Assembly: GCA_037147375.1 (NCBI GenBank)
Contig: JBAWVI010000005.1
Coordinates: 1-17,284, forward strand
Source of the DNA: an archaeon
Lineage (GTDB): Archaea; Iainarchaeota; Iainarchaeia; Iainarchaeales; CSSED10-239
DNA: 17,284 nucleotides
Reading direction: 5' to 3'
Shown here: piece after piece, positions 6,531 to 15,671 of the stretch
How positions within the stretch are numbered: position 1 is the stretch's first letter
Layout: every line of letters starts with the position of its first letter
The notes under the pieces: model-generated
The model's input: only the letters and a program-made list of their open reading frames with translations
The model's database searches: none
What the model was told of the DNA's origin: nothing
Made by a program: the position numbers and the translations under genes

Positions 6531-7130
6531 TTATCTAGAACTTTGTGCAATTCTTTCGATTTCATCTCTCTTCTTTACTGCATAACTCTTTTGATCGTTC
6601 TTTGAAGCTAAGATGATTTCTTCTGCAAGTGCTACTGAAAGCTCTTTCTTTACTTTAAATGTTTTTGAGAATGCTGCGAGTGCAAGATTCTTAAGTGCTT
6701 CATCAAGTCTTTTAATTGGAGCTAAATCAACTGCTTGATTTGATACTACTCCACCTCTTTGAAGTCTTACAACATCTTCTCTTGGAGCACTAAATTCAAG
6801 TGCTTTAACAAGAACCTGTATAGGATTTTCCTTAGTTGTTTTGTTAATGTAATCAAATGCTAAATCCACTGATTTAATCATTAAATCCTTTTTACCACAC
6901 CCTTTCTTTCCTCTAATGAACTTACCAGAAAGCTTTTTCTTTCCTTGTCCTGATCTCATAAGCTTATTGATTAATCTTTCAACAACATTAACCTTAGCTT
7001 TTTCAACAGGTGTACTCTTTCTAGCACCATGTGTGTGTGGTATAACCTTTTCTTTCAAACAAAGGTACTTTGCAATACCTAAATCTGCAGAAATTACTTC
7101 TTTTGTTTCCCATTTATTAAAAATTTTCAT
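6531..7130 (-). CDS. rps7: 30S ribosomal protein S7 (uS7)
   Basis: 199 aa, archaeal/eukaryotic-type uS7 (N-terminus MKIFNKWE..., C-terminal ...AVKKRDEIERIA). GGTG SD about 9 nt upstream. Immediately downstream of rps12. Confidence 0.93.
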   Translation of the reverse strand: MKIFNKWETKEVISADLGIAKYLCLKEKVIPHTHGARKSTPVEKAKVNVVERLINKLMRSGQGKKKLSGKFIRGKKGCGKKDLMIKSVDLAFDYINKTTKENPIQVLVKALEFSAPREDVVRLQRGGVVSNQAVDLAPIKRLDEALKNLALAAFSKTFKVKKELSVALAEEIILASKNDQKSYAVKKRDEIERIAQSSR

Positions 7131-7150
7131 AATTTAACACCATTTTATAT

Positions 7151-7181
7151 TTAAAAATAAAAAAGAGATATTTATCTCTTT
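7151..7181 (-). terminator. Hairpin plus oligo-T element between rps12 and rps7 (terminator or attenuator)
   Basis: 8-bp stem, 7162-7169 AAAGAGAT pairing with 7174-7181 ATCTCTTT, with a 4-nt loop. It covers the rps12 TAA stop (7172-7174). On the minus strand it is followed by TTTTTTATTTTT. Confidence 0.4.
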
Positions 7182-7606
7182 GATTTCTCCTTCTTTCCTG
7201 TTCTTAACATTTCAAGGGATTGATCATTAACTTTAATAACCTTGTACTTAACACCCCAAAGATCTCCAACAGGTCCACCTTTACGTCCACCAATTCCTTC
7301 AACAGTTACTTGGTCGTGTATTTCAATGAACTTAATAGCTTTATCCTTTGGTGCAAGTGCTGTTAATTCCTTACCATTCTTAATAAGTTTAACTCTAACA
7401 CATTTTCTAATTCCAGAGTTTGGCTGTCTTGCTGTAATTCCTTTCTTTTCAAGCACAATTCCTTTTCCTTGTGGTGCTCCTTCAAGAAGTCCAGCTTTTT
7501 TATGAACCTTAACACTTCTTTTGTATCTAGGATCTTTCTTATTCCACTTTATTCTGTTTTTAATATTTTTCTTTGCAGCGAATTCGCCGTTTGCTCCTCT
7601 ACTCAT
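7172..7606 (-). CDS. rps12: 30S ribosomal protein S12 (uS12)
   Basis: 144 aa. Diagnostic ...[38 protein letters not shown]... and C-terminal [16 protein letters not shown] upstream. Confidence 0.96.
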   Translation of the reverse strand: MSRGANGEFAAKKNIKNRIKWNKKDPRYKRSVKVHKKAGLLEGAPQGKGIVLEKKGITARQPNSGIRKCVRVKLIKNGKELTALAPKDKAIKFIEIHDQVTVEGIGGRKGGPVGDLWGVKYKVIKVNDQSLEMLRTGKKEKSKR

Positions 7607-7634
7607 AATATCTTCACCTTAATCTTTAAAATTT

Positions 7635-7904
7635 CTATTCAATATGTTTTTTACTTTTTCTTATTTTTTCAATTATAGTTTCTTTCCATAATTTTACTGC
7701 GTATTCTAAATTTATTTTTTTTTCTTTAGCTAAATTTTGAATTGCTAAGATTATTCCTGGTGCTCTTTCTTCAGAAGCTTCAATACCTAACTTCTTTAAA
7801 AACATAACATCCAAGGATTCTTTTAATTTTGATTTTTTATTAAATGGACGTATGTTTTCTTTTATTTTTTGTGTTTTTCTTTTAAAGTTAGAGCCTTTGC
7901 CCAT
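7635..7904 (-). CDS. Hypothetical 89-aa basic, predicted helical protein occupying the nusA slot
   Basis: The ATG lies 4 nt after the rpl30e stop, with AGTGAT SD inside the rpl30e 3' end. It ends 28 nt before rps12. No KH-domain pattern is visible apart from an N-terminal GKGS. Confidence 0.7.
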   Translation of the reverse strand: MGKGSNFKRKTQKIKENIRPFNKKSKLKESLDVMFLKKLGIEASEERAPGIILAIQNLAKEKKINLEYAVKLWKETIIEKIRKSKKHIE

Positions 7905-7908
7905 AACA

Positions 7909-8406
7909 TCACTTTTTCTTAATCTTTATGATGCTTTTGAATAACTCATCATCTTGTATTGGTTTTTCTTCTTCTTCTTTTTGTCTAATTTCTTTAGCTT
8001 TCTTTATTTCGTCTTTTTCTTCTTTCTTTTTAACTTTTCCTTCTTTCTTTTCAGTTTTAGCTTTAGTTCTTGCATTTTCCTTAACAACTATAATATCCTT
8101 AGCATCCATTACAGCAAGTATGCTTGATTCACCAACATCTAATACTCCAAGAACAGAAATACTAAAAGGTTTACCACAAACAGAACCAAGTTCAACACCA
8201 GATTCTAAATAAGTAATTACTTTTACTCCAGCAAGCTTACAATAGTGTTCAATTTGCTTCTTTTGAAGTACCTTAACAGTACTTGCAAGAACAACGAGCT
8301 TAGGGTCTCCCACTAATGTTTCTCTAACTATTTCTTTTGTACCATAAAGAACTTTTCCAGTGTCTACTGCAATTCTTAATTGTTGATTAAATTTATTCCA
8401 ATCCAT
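7909..8406 (-). CDS. rpl30e: 50S ribosomal protein L30e (eL30) with a ~60-aa Lys/Glu-rich C-terminal extension
   Basis: The N-terminal ~100 aa match the L30e/L7Ae-fold pattern (LRIAVDTGKVLYGTKE..., PKLVVLAS..., YLESGVELGSVCGKPFSISVLGVLDVGES). Canonical position after rpoA2. The tail is VVKENARTKAKTEKKEGKVKKKEEKDEIKKAKEIRQKEEEEKP... Confidence 0.88.
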   Translation of the reverse strand: MDWNKFNQQLRIAVDTGKVLYGTKEIVRETLVGDPKLVVLASTVKVLQKKQIEHYCKLAGVKVITYLESGVELGSVCGKPFSISVLGVLDVGESSILAVMDAKDIIVVKENARTKAKTEKKEGKVKKKEEKDEIKKAKEIRQKEEEEKPIQDDELFKSIIKIKKK

Positions 8407-8504
8407 ATTATTTCACTTCATTATTTTTATTTTTAATTTTTTTTCCTTTTTTTCTATTTATATATAATATTTATGTTCCTAAATGTTTAAAAAAGAATTT
8501 AAAC

Positions 8505-9659
8505 TTATTCTTCCTCGTTTGCTTGTATCATCTTCTTTAAATTTTTCGGATCAAGTGTTAATTTAACAAGACCAGTTCCTGCTGAAATTGGTTGTCCAAC
8601 TATTAAATTTTCTGTAATTCCTGTAAGTCTTTCAGTTTCATGATAGAATGCAGCTGAAAGTATGTGCTTTACAGTTTCTTCAAATGCAGCTCTTGCAAAT
8701 GGACTTGTTTTTTCTCCAGTTATTCCAGTTCTAACAATACCCTTAACTCTTCCACCGAAGGTCATAAGATCTGCTAAAACAAAAATATGTCTAAGATTAA
8801 TATCAATAGAGTTTGAACTAAATGTACTACTTAATTCATTAACAATTGCTTGTCTTCCTGCTTCAATTCCAAGAACTTTATTAATTTCAACAACATCATT
8901 TGTTATTGATCTAAGTGAATCAACTTCTTCAAACTTTAATATTTCTGATAAATTTGTTCCTCTTGTAATAATTACAAACTCATCTCCAACTTGTGTAACA
9001 ACAACCTTGTCAATGTGCTTAACACCGAAAAGAGGTATACTCTTCCATTTTAAAACTCCTTTTCTAATTGTGTAAAGTGGAGTTGTTGAATCAAATGCAA
9101 AGTTAATTTTCTTCTTATTATCTCCAAATCTTTTTGAAGAATAGATTTCATCAATTTTATCATAAACTAAATCCATGATTGTTTCTTTATTAATTCCTGC
9201 TTCATCAACTTTATCTTCATCTAAAATAAAAGATAAACTTTTATTTTCAAAGTTTTCTTCAAAGTTACCAACATCTTCAACCTTGATATCTACAAGACTG
9301 CTTGCAAATGCTTTTACTTTCTTTTCATTCTTAATAAGTTCAGATTTTAAGTATATTTTCATTGAAGGATACTTAGATGATAAACGTCCATCAACTATTT
9401 CAATAACTCTTTGTATTCCTTGACCTACAGAAACTTCTAAAGATCCAGCATAGTGCTTAGTTCTTAATGTTAACTGAGTTCCAGGTTCACCAATTGATTG
9501 AGCAGCAATAAGTCCTATTGCATCTCCAGGTGTAACTAGTGCATTATTATATCTATTAGATACAATTTCAACTAGTTTTTTCCTTTTTGCATCACTAAAC
9601 TTTTTAGTTTTAGCATACGCTTCAATTCTTTCTAGAACCAATGTAGGTAATTCTCTCAT
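8505..9659 (-). CDS. rpoA2: DNA-directed RNA polymerase subunit A'' (Rpo1C)
   Basis: Contains GDAIGLIAAQSIGEPGTQLTLRTKHYAG and C-terminal ...SPFARAAFEETVKHILSAAF...ENLIVGQPISAGTG. The ORF track starts at a TTG (9668). I prefer the ATG at 9659-9657 (MRELP...), which is preceded by SD-like GTTGAT. Confidence 0.93.
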   Translation of the reverse strand: MRELPTLVLERIEAYAKTKKFSDAKRKKLVEIVSNRYNNALVTPGDAIGLIAAQSIGEPGTQLTLRTKHYAGSLEVSVGQGIQRVIEIVDGRLSSKYPSMKIYLKSELIKNEKKVKAFASSLVDIKVEDVGNFEENFENKSLSFILDEDKVDEAGINKETIMDLVYDKIDEIYSSKRFGDNKKKINFAFDSTTPLYTIRKGVLKWKSIPLFGVKHIDKVVVTQVGDEFVIITRGTNLSEILKFEEVDSLRSITNDVVEINKVLGIEAGRQAIVNELSSTFSSNSIDINLRHIFVLADLMTFGGRVKGIVRTGITGEKTSPFARAAFEETVKHILSAAFYHETERLTGITENLIVGQPISAGTGLVKLTLDPKNLKKMIQANEEE

Positions 9660-9717
9660 AACAATCAACTTTTTTTTATTTTAATTTTTAAATATACTGT
9701 CCAACATTTAATACAAT

Positions 9718-12303
9718 TTACTCATGGAAGAAGTTTATATTCTTTCCAAGATATGCTTTATCTGGTGAAAGTCCATCATCTCCATATAGGAATTGTATAA
9801 CTTGCCCATCTGCAGTTCTTACACTTAAATCATCATTAACAATTAAATCCTTTAATGCATTTGATAATCTTCTGTATAAGTATCCTGAAACCTTTGTTGC
9901 AACACCTGTATCAATTTCTCCTTGACGTCCACCAATTGAGTGTATGAAATACTCTTTTGGTTCCATTCCATTAAAGAAATTGTTCTTTACAAATCCATAA
10001 TCCATTAACGCTTTTGTTCCAACAACATTTGAACTTAAGAATCTATTTGAGAAACCTGCTTTTGGTCTACCTGATCTAACAGTAACAAGACCCCATAAAG
10101 CAACTATGTTAGCAACGTTACCAAGCTTTCCACGAGATCCACCAATACTTGCAATTAATGTTGAGTTATTGTATGCAATCTTAGTTTCACTTGTCATTTC
10201 TTCAAATTTAATTTCAAGAAGTTTATTTGAAATTTCTTCTTTTGTTTCTCCTGCAGCTCTAATCATTTCAAGCTCGAAGGTTTCTGCTAAATTTTTACCA
10301 GGTATTAAAGGTAATGACTTAGTTTCAAATTTCTTAATGATTCCATTTGTAGTTGCAATTAATTTCTTAACTTTTGTATCAATTTCATCTTGCAATGTAT
10401 CTGGTGTTTTATATTCATCAAGAGCAATTGTAAGTCCTTTCTTACTAAGTGTATAGAAAACAAGCTTTGATAAATTATAATAAAACTCAACAGCAACTCT
10501 CTTATCATAATGTCTAACAAGAACATCAATTAAATTTCTAGGAGCATATAGTTTTTCATCAACAACTCCAGAAACAAGGCGTCCTTTTTCAACCTTAAAA
10601 TAACAATCGTACTTATCAACATCTTTTTGAGTAACTTTACCTTTAACCTTTCTTAATACAGTAAACAATTTATTATAATATTCTATATTAAGATCCTTTG
10701 GTAATATTTGAGAAAAGATAAGCTTACCAGAATACTTTGTTCTATCAACATCTGCTGCTGGAAGTTCAGTTATTCCAATTGAATATAACATTTCCATTGC
10801 TTCTTTCTTTGTAAACACAGTATCTTTCTTTGTTAATAAATAACCACCTGAAACAATATCATGATCAGGAACAATGATTGGTGATCCATTTCTAATACTT
10901 AAGATTTGTGAATCAACCATTAATAAATTATTAATTTCTGCAACTGCTGCTTCACTTTGTGGACAATGAAGATTCATTTCATCACCATCGAAATCAGCAT
11001 TGTATGGAGGACAAGCAATTGGATTTAATCTAAATGTTTTACCAGGTAAAACTTTAATCTTATGTCCCATAATTGATGCTCTATGAAGTGTTGGTTGTCT
11101 GTTAAATATAACAACATCTCCATCTCTTAATTTTCTTTTAATTGTTGCTCCATCTTCAAGCCCGTCCATTAATTCTTGCTTGTTTGCAAGATTAATTATT
11201 TTTCTTCTTCCGTTCTTTGTGATAATGTAATCAACAAATCCTTTATCAATTTGTTCCTTACAATATTCTTTATTCCAAGAAGTTACTTTTTCTGGCATTG
11301 TTAAAGTATTTGCAACTTGTTCAGGAACACCAAGTTCATCAATTCTAATATCAGTTGATGGAGTGATTGTTGTTCTTGCACCAGCATTTACTCTTTTACC
11401 AATTAAGTTATATCTAAATCTTCCTTTCTTACCCTTAAGTCTTTGTGCAAGAGTATTAAGTGCTCTTCCAGATCTATGCTTTGCAGGTGGAACACCAGCT
11501 GTATTATTATCAAAATAAGTTGTTATATTGTACTGTAAAAGATCCCAAAGATCTTCAACAATAATTTGTGGTGCACCAGCAACTATATTTTCTTGTAATC
11601 TTGTATTAATTCTAACAATATTAAGTAACATGTGTGTTAAATCTGATTCAGCAGTAATTACGTTTTCAAGTGATAATGAAGGTCTAATTGCTACTGGAGG
11701 AACTGGTAATGTAGTTAATACAAACCATTGTGGTTTAAGTGTTTGTGAATATCCAAACAAGAATAAATCTTTATCTGGAATCTTAATTAACCAATCAGTA
11801 ATATCTGATGGATATAATCTTTCTTGATTATAATAAAAGTTAGTTGGCTTATCAATTGTAACCTTTGGAGTTTCAATTCCACAATGGGGACATTTCTTTT
11901 TATCTCTAACGAGTCCAACAATTTCCTTTGTTGCTTTTTCTGGGTCTGCAGCAAGTGCAAGAAGATCAGTTATGTCTTCTTCAGGAATCATTATTCTTCC
12001 ACATTCTCTACAAGTACATGAAAGAACAGAATAAAGTTTTTCAGAAAATTTAGGATGAATAACAGGTCTAATTAATTCAATGTGCCCAAAGTGACCAGGA
12101 CAATCTCTCATATTCTGTCCACAAGTCTTACATCTAAGTCCAGGAGAAATAACACCAAGATGAAGATCCATTACTCCTCTCTCAATAGGGTAACCATCCT
12201 TATCATATGTTTCAGCTCTTGTAATTTCAACAGCAGACATTTTTCTAACCATATCTGGTGAAAGCACAGAAAACTCAATTGATCTAATTTTTTTTATAGG
12301 CAT
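9718..12303 (-). CDS. rpoA1: DNA-directed RNA polymerase subunit A' (Rpo1N)
   Basis: 861 aa. N-terminal zinc motif CKTCGQNMRDCPGHFGHIEL. Catalytic YNADFDGDEMNLH. NRQPTLHRASIMGH. Confidence 0.97.
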   Translation of the reverse strand: MPIKKIRSIEFSVLSPDMVRKMSAVEITRAETYDKDGYPIERGVMDLHLGVISPGLRCKTCGQNMRDCPGHFGHIELIRPVIHPKFSEKLYSVLSCTCRECGRIMIPEEDITDLLALAADPEKATKEIVGLVRDKKKCPHCGIETPKVTIDKPTNFYYNQERLYPSDITDWLIKIPDKDLFLFGYSQTLKPQWFVLTTLPVPPVAIRPSLSLENVITAESDLTHMLLNIVRINTRLQENIVAGAPQIIVEDLWDLLQYNITTYFDNNTAGVPPAKHRSGRALNTLAQRLKGKKGRFRYNLIGKRVNAGARTTITPSTDIRIDELGVPEQVANTLTMPEKVTSWNKEYCKEQIDKGFVDYIITKNGRRKIINLANKQELMDGLEDGATIKRKLRDGDVVIFNRQPTLHRASIMGHKIKVLPGKTFRLNPIACPPYNADFDGDEMNLHCPQSEAAVAEINNLLMVDSQILSIRNGSPIIVPDHDIVSGGYLLTKKDTVFTKKEAMEMLYSIGITELPAADVDRTKYSGKLIFSQILPKDLNIEYYNKLFTVLRKVKGKVTQKDVDKYDCYFKVEKGRLVSGVVDEKLYAPRNLIDVLVRHYDKRVAVEFYYNLSKLVFYTLSKKGLTIALDEYKTPDTLQDEIDTKVKKLIATTNGIIKKFETKSLPLIPGKNLAETFELEMIRAAGETKEEISNKLLEIKFEEMTSETKIAYNNSTLIASIGGSRGKLGNVANIVALWGLVTVRSGRPKAGFSNRFLSSNVVGTKALMDYGFVKNNFFNGMEPKEYFIHSIGGRQGEIDTGVATKVSGYLYRRLSNALKDLIVNDDLSVRTADGQVIQFLYGDDGLSPDKAYLGKNINFFHE

Positions 12304-12341
12304 ATATAATCATTCTCTTAATTTTCTAACTTTAATAATCT

Positions 12342-14159
12342 TTAATCTATTTTATCTCCAACATTTAACTTAGGGAATACTCCAAGTGCTTTAAGTTCAT
12401 CAAGTAATAACTTGAAACCATAACTAATCTTAACTTGGTGAATATTTCCACCTTTACAGATTGGACAATATAATTTATTTCTAATCTTATCATTGATTGC
12501 AAGAACTCCACAATCTGAACAAATATGAACATCAAGTTGATCAGAATCATCCATTAACTTTTCATGAAGTAACATTGCTGCACCATGTCCAACAAGAGCA
12601 TCTCCTTCCATCTCTCCAAATCTAAGACCTCCACCTTTTTCTTTACCTTCAGTTGGTTGTCTTGTTAATAATTGGATAGATCCTTTATCTCTTGCTTGTA
12701 TTTTATTTGTTACAACGTGGTATAATCTTTTAAATGAAATTGGTCCAACAAAGATTGGCATTTCTATTTTTTCTCCAGTTATTCCATCAAAGAATACTTC
12801 TTTACCATCTTCTCTAAATCCAAGTGATAAAAGAAGTTTTTGAATTGCATCTTTATCTGAATAGAAAGCAGTTCCATCTATTTCCTTTCCAGAAAGAGCT
12901 CCAGCTTTTGCTGCAATTGTTTCAAACATGTGTCCAATTGTCATTCTTGAAGGAATTGAATGTGGATTTAATATAAAATCAGGTTTAATTCCACTTGATG
13001 TAAATGGCATATCTTCTTCATTAATAACTGCACCAACAACACCCTTCTGTCCGTGATGTGAAGAAAACTTATCTCCAACTTGTGGAATCATTGTTGATCT
13101 AACCTTAATCTTACAAAGTTTAACTCCTGCTAAAGTCAATGTTATAAGAACCTTATCAACATGTCCATTTAAGTGCTTTCTAGCTGTTACTGAAGATTCA
13201 CGTCTGTCTTCTGAAACAACACCGAACTCAGATATTTCTTCAACAAATCTTGGAGGGGATGTCATTCCAATTACAACTCCACCTTCAGGAACATATGTTT
13301 CAATATTTGCAATTCCATCTTCGCCTAAATTTTTATAAGCATCGTCTCCTCTAAAACCTATTGTTGTTTCTCCAGGTATTTTGAAATCATCAGCTTGTCC
13401 TGATGGATATCTGTTTTCTTGAGCTGAATATGATCTATAATAAGATGATCTACCAAGTCCTCTTTCAACTGCTCCTTTATTCATGATTAAAGCATCAATC
13501 ATATTATATCCACGATATGGCATGATTGCAACAATTGAATTTTGAATCATTGGTCTTCTATCAATGTTTAACATTTTTTCTGTTCTTGTTGTTACAAGTG
13601 GTTTTTGTGGATAATAAAGAACATGCATTTCTGTATCAAATCTATGCTTGTAATTAACAGCAGGTATTCCAACAGCTTGCTTGAAAATCTTAGCACCGAA
13701 AATAGCTTTTCCAGCCATGTTGTGGTGAGCAAATGGAATCATTGATGTAATTATTGAAAAGATTGCAGTTCCTGAAATTTCAAGATGTGTATGATCAGGA
13801 GTAATGTCTTTATCATCAAGTGCAACATATGCATTTTCTTCTTCTTCAGCATCAAGGTATTCAATTATTCCTTTTTTAACAAGTTCTGGCCATAATACTT
13901 TTTTATTTTTAACGTCTTCTAGAACTTCTTTAGTTAATTTAGATTTACTATTTTCAACAATTATTAATGGTCTTTGTACTCTTCCACCATCTGTGTTAAT
14001 GTACATCTCATTAGTTTCTTCTCTAAAAGCTATGTTTATTTGAGAATCAATCATTCTTGATCTTCTCTTTCCAATTAGCTCTTTTCTTAGCTTAGAAGGG
14101 TTATTGTGGAAACCAACAAGTCCACCATTAACATAAATCTTACATTTTGATTGTGCCAT
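12342..14159 (-). CDS. rpoB1: DNA-directed RNA polymerase subunit B' (Rpo2C, C-terminal part of a split B)
   Basis: 605 aa. GDKFSSHHGQKGV, GGLRFGEMEGDAL, and the C-terminal zinc ribbon CSDCG...CPICKG. Confidence 0.96.
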   Translation of the reverse strand: MAQSKCKIYVNGGLVGFHNNPSKLRKELIGKRRSRMIDSQINIAFREETNEMYINTDGGRVQRPLIIVENSKSKLTKEVLEDVKNKKVLWPELVKKGIIEYLDAEEEENAYVALDDKDITPDHTHLEISGTAIFSIITSMIPFAHHNMAGKAIFGAKIFKQAVGIPAVNYKHRFDTEMHVLYYPQKPLVTTRTEKMLNIDRRPMIQNSIVAIMPYRGYNMIDALIMNKGAVERGLGRSSYYRSYSAQENRYPSGQADDFKIPGETTIGFRGDDAYKNLGEDGIANIETYVPEGGVVIGMTSPPRFVEEISEFGVVSEDRRESSVTARKHLNGHVDKVLITLTLAGVKLCKIKVRSTMIPQVGDKFSSHHGQKGVVGAVINEEDMPFTSSGIKPDFILNPHSIPSRMTIGHMFETIAAKAGALSGKEIDGTAFYSDKDAIQKLLLSLGFREDGKEVFFDGITGEKIEMPIFVGPISFKRLYHVVTNKIQARDKGSIQLLTRQPTEGKEKGGGLRFGEMEGDALVGHGAAMLLHEKLMDDSDQLDVHICSDCGVLAINDKIRNKLYCPICKGGNIHQVKISYGFKLLLDELKALGVFPKLNVGDKID

Positions 14160-14180
14160 AATATTTCACTTTCTTTAAAT

Positions 14181-15635
14181 TTATTTATCAAGTTCTAAAA
14201 CATCTAAATATTCTGAAATTAATTTTGGATTAACATCCATTGTTACTCTTGCCATTAAAGCTAAATTCTTTGATAATCCACAGTTAGGTCCATCAGGAGT
14301 TTCAACAGGACAAAGTCTACCCCAATGAGTTCCATGAACATCACGTGCTTCATATAATTCTCTTTGAGAATCAAGAGTTGATTTAACTTTTCTCATGTTT
14401 GTTAAAGATGCAACATAGTTAACTCTATCCATGAATGCACAAACACCAGTTATTTGTCCAACCCAAGTTCCTGTACTTACTGCAAACTTAATTCTTTCAG
14501 TTATTGCATCAGGTCTAATAATTGTTGTAATATTTAATTTTCTATGTCTAGAAATAGTTCTATCAATTTGGAACTTTAAATCATTTATGAAATGCTTAAA
14601 TGAATATCTGAAAAGATGTTCCATTAACTTACCTGCAACTTCAAGTCTTTTGTTTGCATAATGATCTTTATCAGCTTGTGATCTTAAGTTATATGCTTTT
14701 TCAATAATCTTTGTTGCCATAATAATTAGATAATGAGCTTTTGCAAGTCTATCTTTCTTATTTTGTCCAATATGTGGAAGAAGGAAAGAATCAAGTACTT
14801 CTTGTGCTCTTCTAAGTCTATAATTTTGAGTTTGTGATGGTGCAACTGCTTTACCAATCTTATCAAGTGCATCATTTGTGTTTGTTGATTCTATTTTATC
14901 TAAATTTAATAAAACTTCGTTTCTAATAACTCTTTCATCATCAAATGCGCTTAATATTTCTTCTTGCTTTGTCATTCCAAGTGCGTTTAATAATTCAATT
15001 AAACTTAATTTTCTTGGAGATGATGGGAAAGTTACATAAAGTAAACCTTCAAGATTTCTTTCAATCTTAACTTTACCTTTGAATGCTCCTTTAACTGAAA
15101 TAACTTGTGCTTTGATTAATCCTTCATCTTCGTTAAGTAAGATTCTATCAAGTGCTAATACTTCTTGTGAGATTAATACTTTTTCAGAACCATTAACAAC
15201 AAAGTATCCACCTAAGTCCATTGGATCTTCTCCAACTTCAATTAATTCATCATTTGAAAGTCCAGAGATGTTACAATATTTTGATTTAACCATAATTGGA
15301 ATTTCTCCAACATATGATCTTTTTTCATCAATTAAAACATCTTTTCTATATAATCTAATATCTAAATAAATTGAACCTGAGTAAGTCATGTTTCTGTGTC
15401 TTGCTTCCATTGGTGTAAGTCTAACCTTAGCACTTCTGTCTGCTTCAACAATTTCTGGTCTAGTAACTTCAACATTTGATAAAACAATCTTAACTTCGTT
15501 ATTACATTCAATAACTGATTGTTCTTCAACTATCTCAGGTACTTTTTCCTCAATAAATTGATCAAAAGATTTTAATCTTTGATTTATTGGTCCAGCATAT
15601 TCGTAATATGATTCAACTAAAGCCCATTTATCCAT
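14181..15635 (-). CDS. rpoB2: DNA-directed RNA polymerase subunit B'' (Rpo2N, N-terminal part of a split B)
   Basis: 484 aa. Rpb2 N-terminal pattern (GYFVVNGSEKVLISQE, ...HWGRLCPVETPDGPNCGLSKNLA). Separate ORF ending 21 nt before the rpoB1 ATG. Confidence 0.95.
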   Translation of the reverse strand: MDKWALVESYYEYAGPINQRLKSFDQFIEEKVPEIVEEQSVIECNNEVKIVLSNVEVTRPEIVEADRSAKVRLTPMEARHRNMTYSGSIYLDIRLYRKDVLIDEKRSYVGEIPIMVKSKYCNISGLSNDELIEVGEDPMDLGGYFVVNGSEKVLISQEVLALDRILLNEDEGLIKAQVISVKGAFKGKVKIERNLEGLLYVTFPSSPRKLSLIELLNALGMTKQEEILSAFDDERVIRNEVLLNLDKIESTNTNDALDKIGKAVAPSQTQNYRLRRAQEVLDSFLLPHIGQNKKDRLAKAHYLIIMATKIIEKAYNLRSQADKDHYANKRLEVAGKLMEHLFRYSFKHFINDLKFQIDRTISRHRKLNITTIIRPDAITERIKFAVSTGTWVGQITGVCAFMDRVNYVASLTNMRKVKSTLDSQRELYEARDVHGTHWGRLCPVETPDGPNCGLSKNLALMARVTMDVNPKLISEYLDVLELDK

Positions 15636-15671
15636 TATTTATCACATTTAATTTAAGTTTAATAACTAAGT

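Noticed and set aside
7635-8094. The idea that the L30e tail (~60 aa) plus the 89-aa ORF, together about NusA length, is a frameshifted or degenerate nusA.
   Set aside because: Neither segment shows a KH-domain pattern. The tail is pure K/E low complexity, and the 89-aa ORF has its own good SD and ATG. The length coincidence alone is not evidence.
9657-9668. TTG start at 9668 used by the ORF track for rpoA2 (MIVMRELP...).
   Set aside because: An ATG three codons downstream (9659) follows an SD-like GTTGAT at proper spacing. Every other gene in the window starts with ATG.
12365-12550. Minus-strand 61-aa ORF nested out of frame in the 3' end of rpoB1.
   Set aside because: It overlaps the conserved zinc-ribbon region of B' in another frame, has no independent signals, and its composition is typical of an off-frame reading.
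2765-15369. Plus-strand ORFs of 65-137 aa lying inside the minus-strand genes: 2765-2986, 3905-4114, 6916-7137, 7242-7505, 7469-7678, 7928-8212, 8662-9075, 9175-9423, 10106-10456, 11528-11827, 11824-12021, 13804-14043, 14431-14661 and 15079-15369.
   Set aside because: All are antisense shadows of confidently identified conserved genes. Their products are low-complexity and Ser/Leu/Phe/Ile-rich. They have no SD or promoter context, and several cross gene boundaries.
2701-15635. Inteins or large insertions in aEF-2, RpoA', RpoA'', RpoB' or RpoB''.
   Set aside because: All lengths are normal for archaeal orthologs, the conserved motifs are contiguous, and no Cys/Ser...HN splice-junction blocks were seen.
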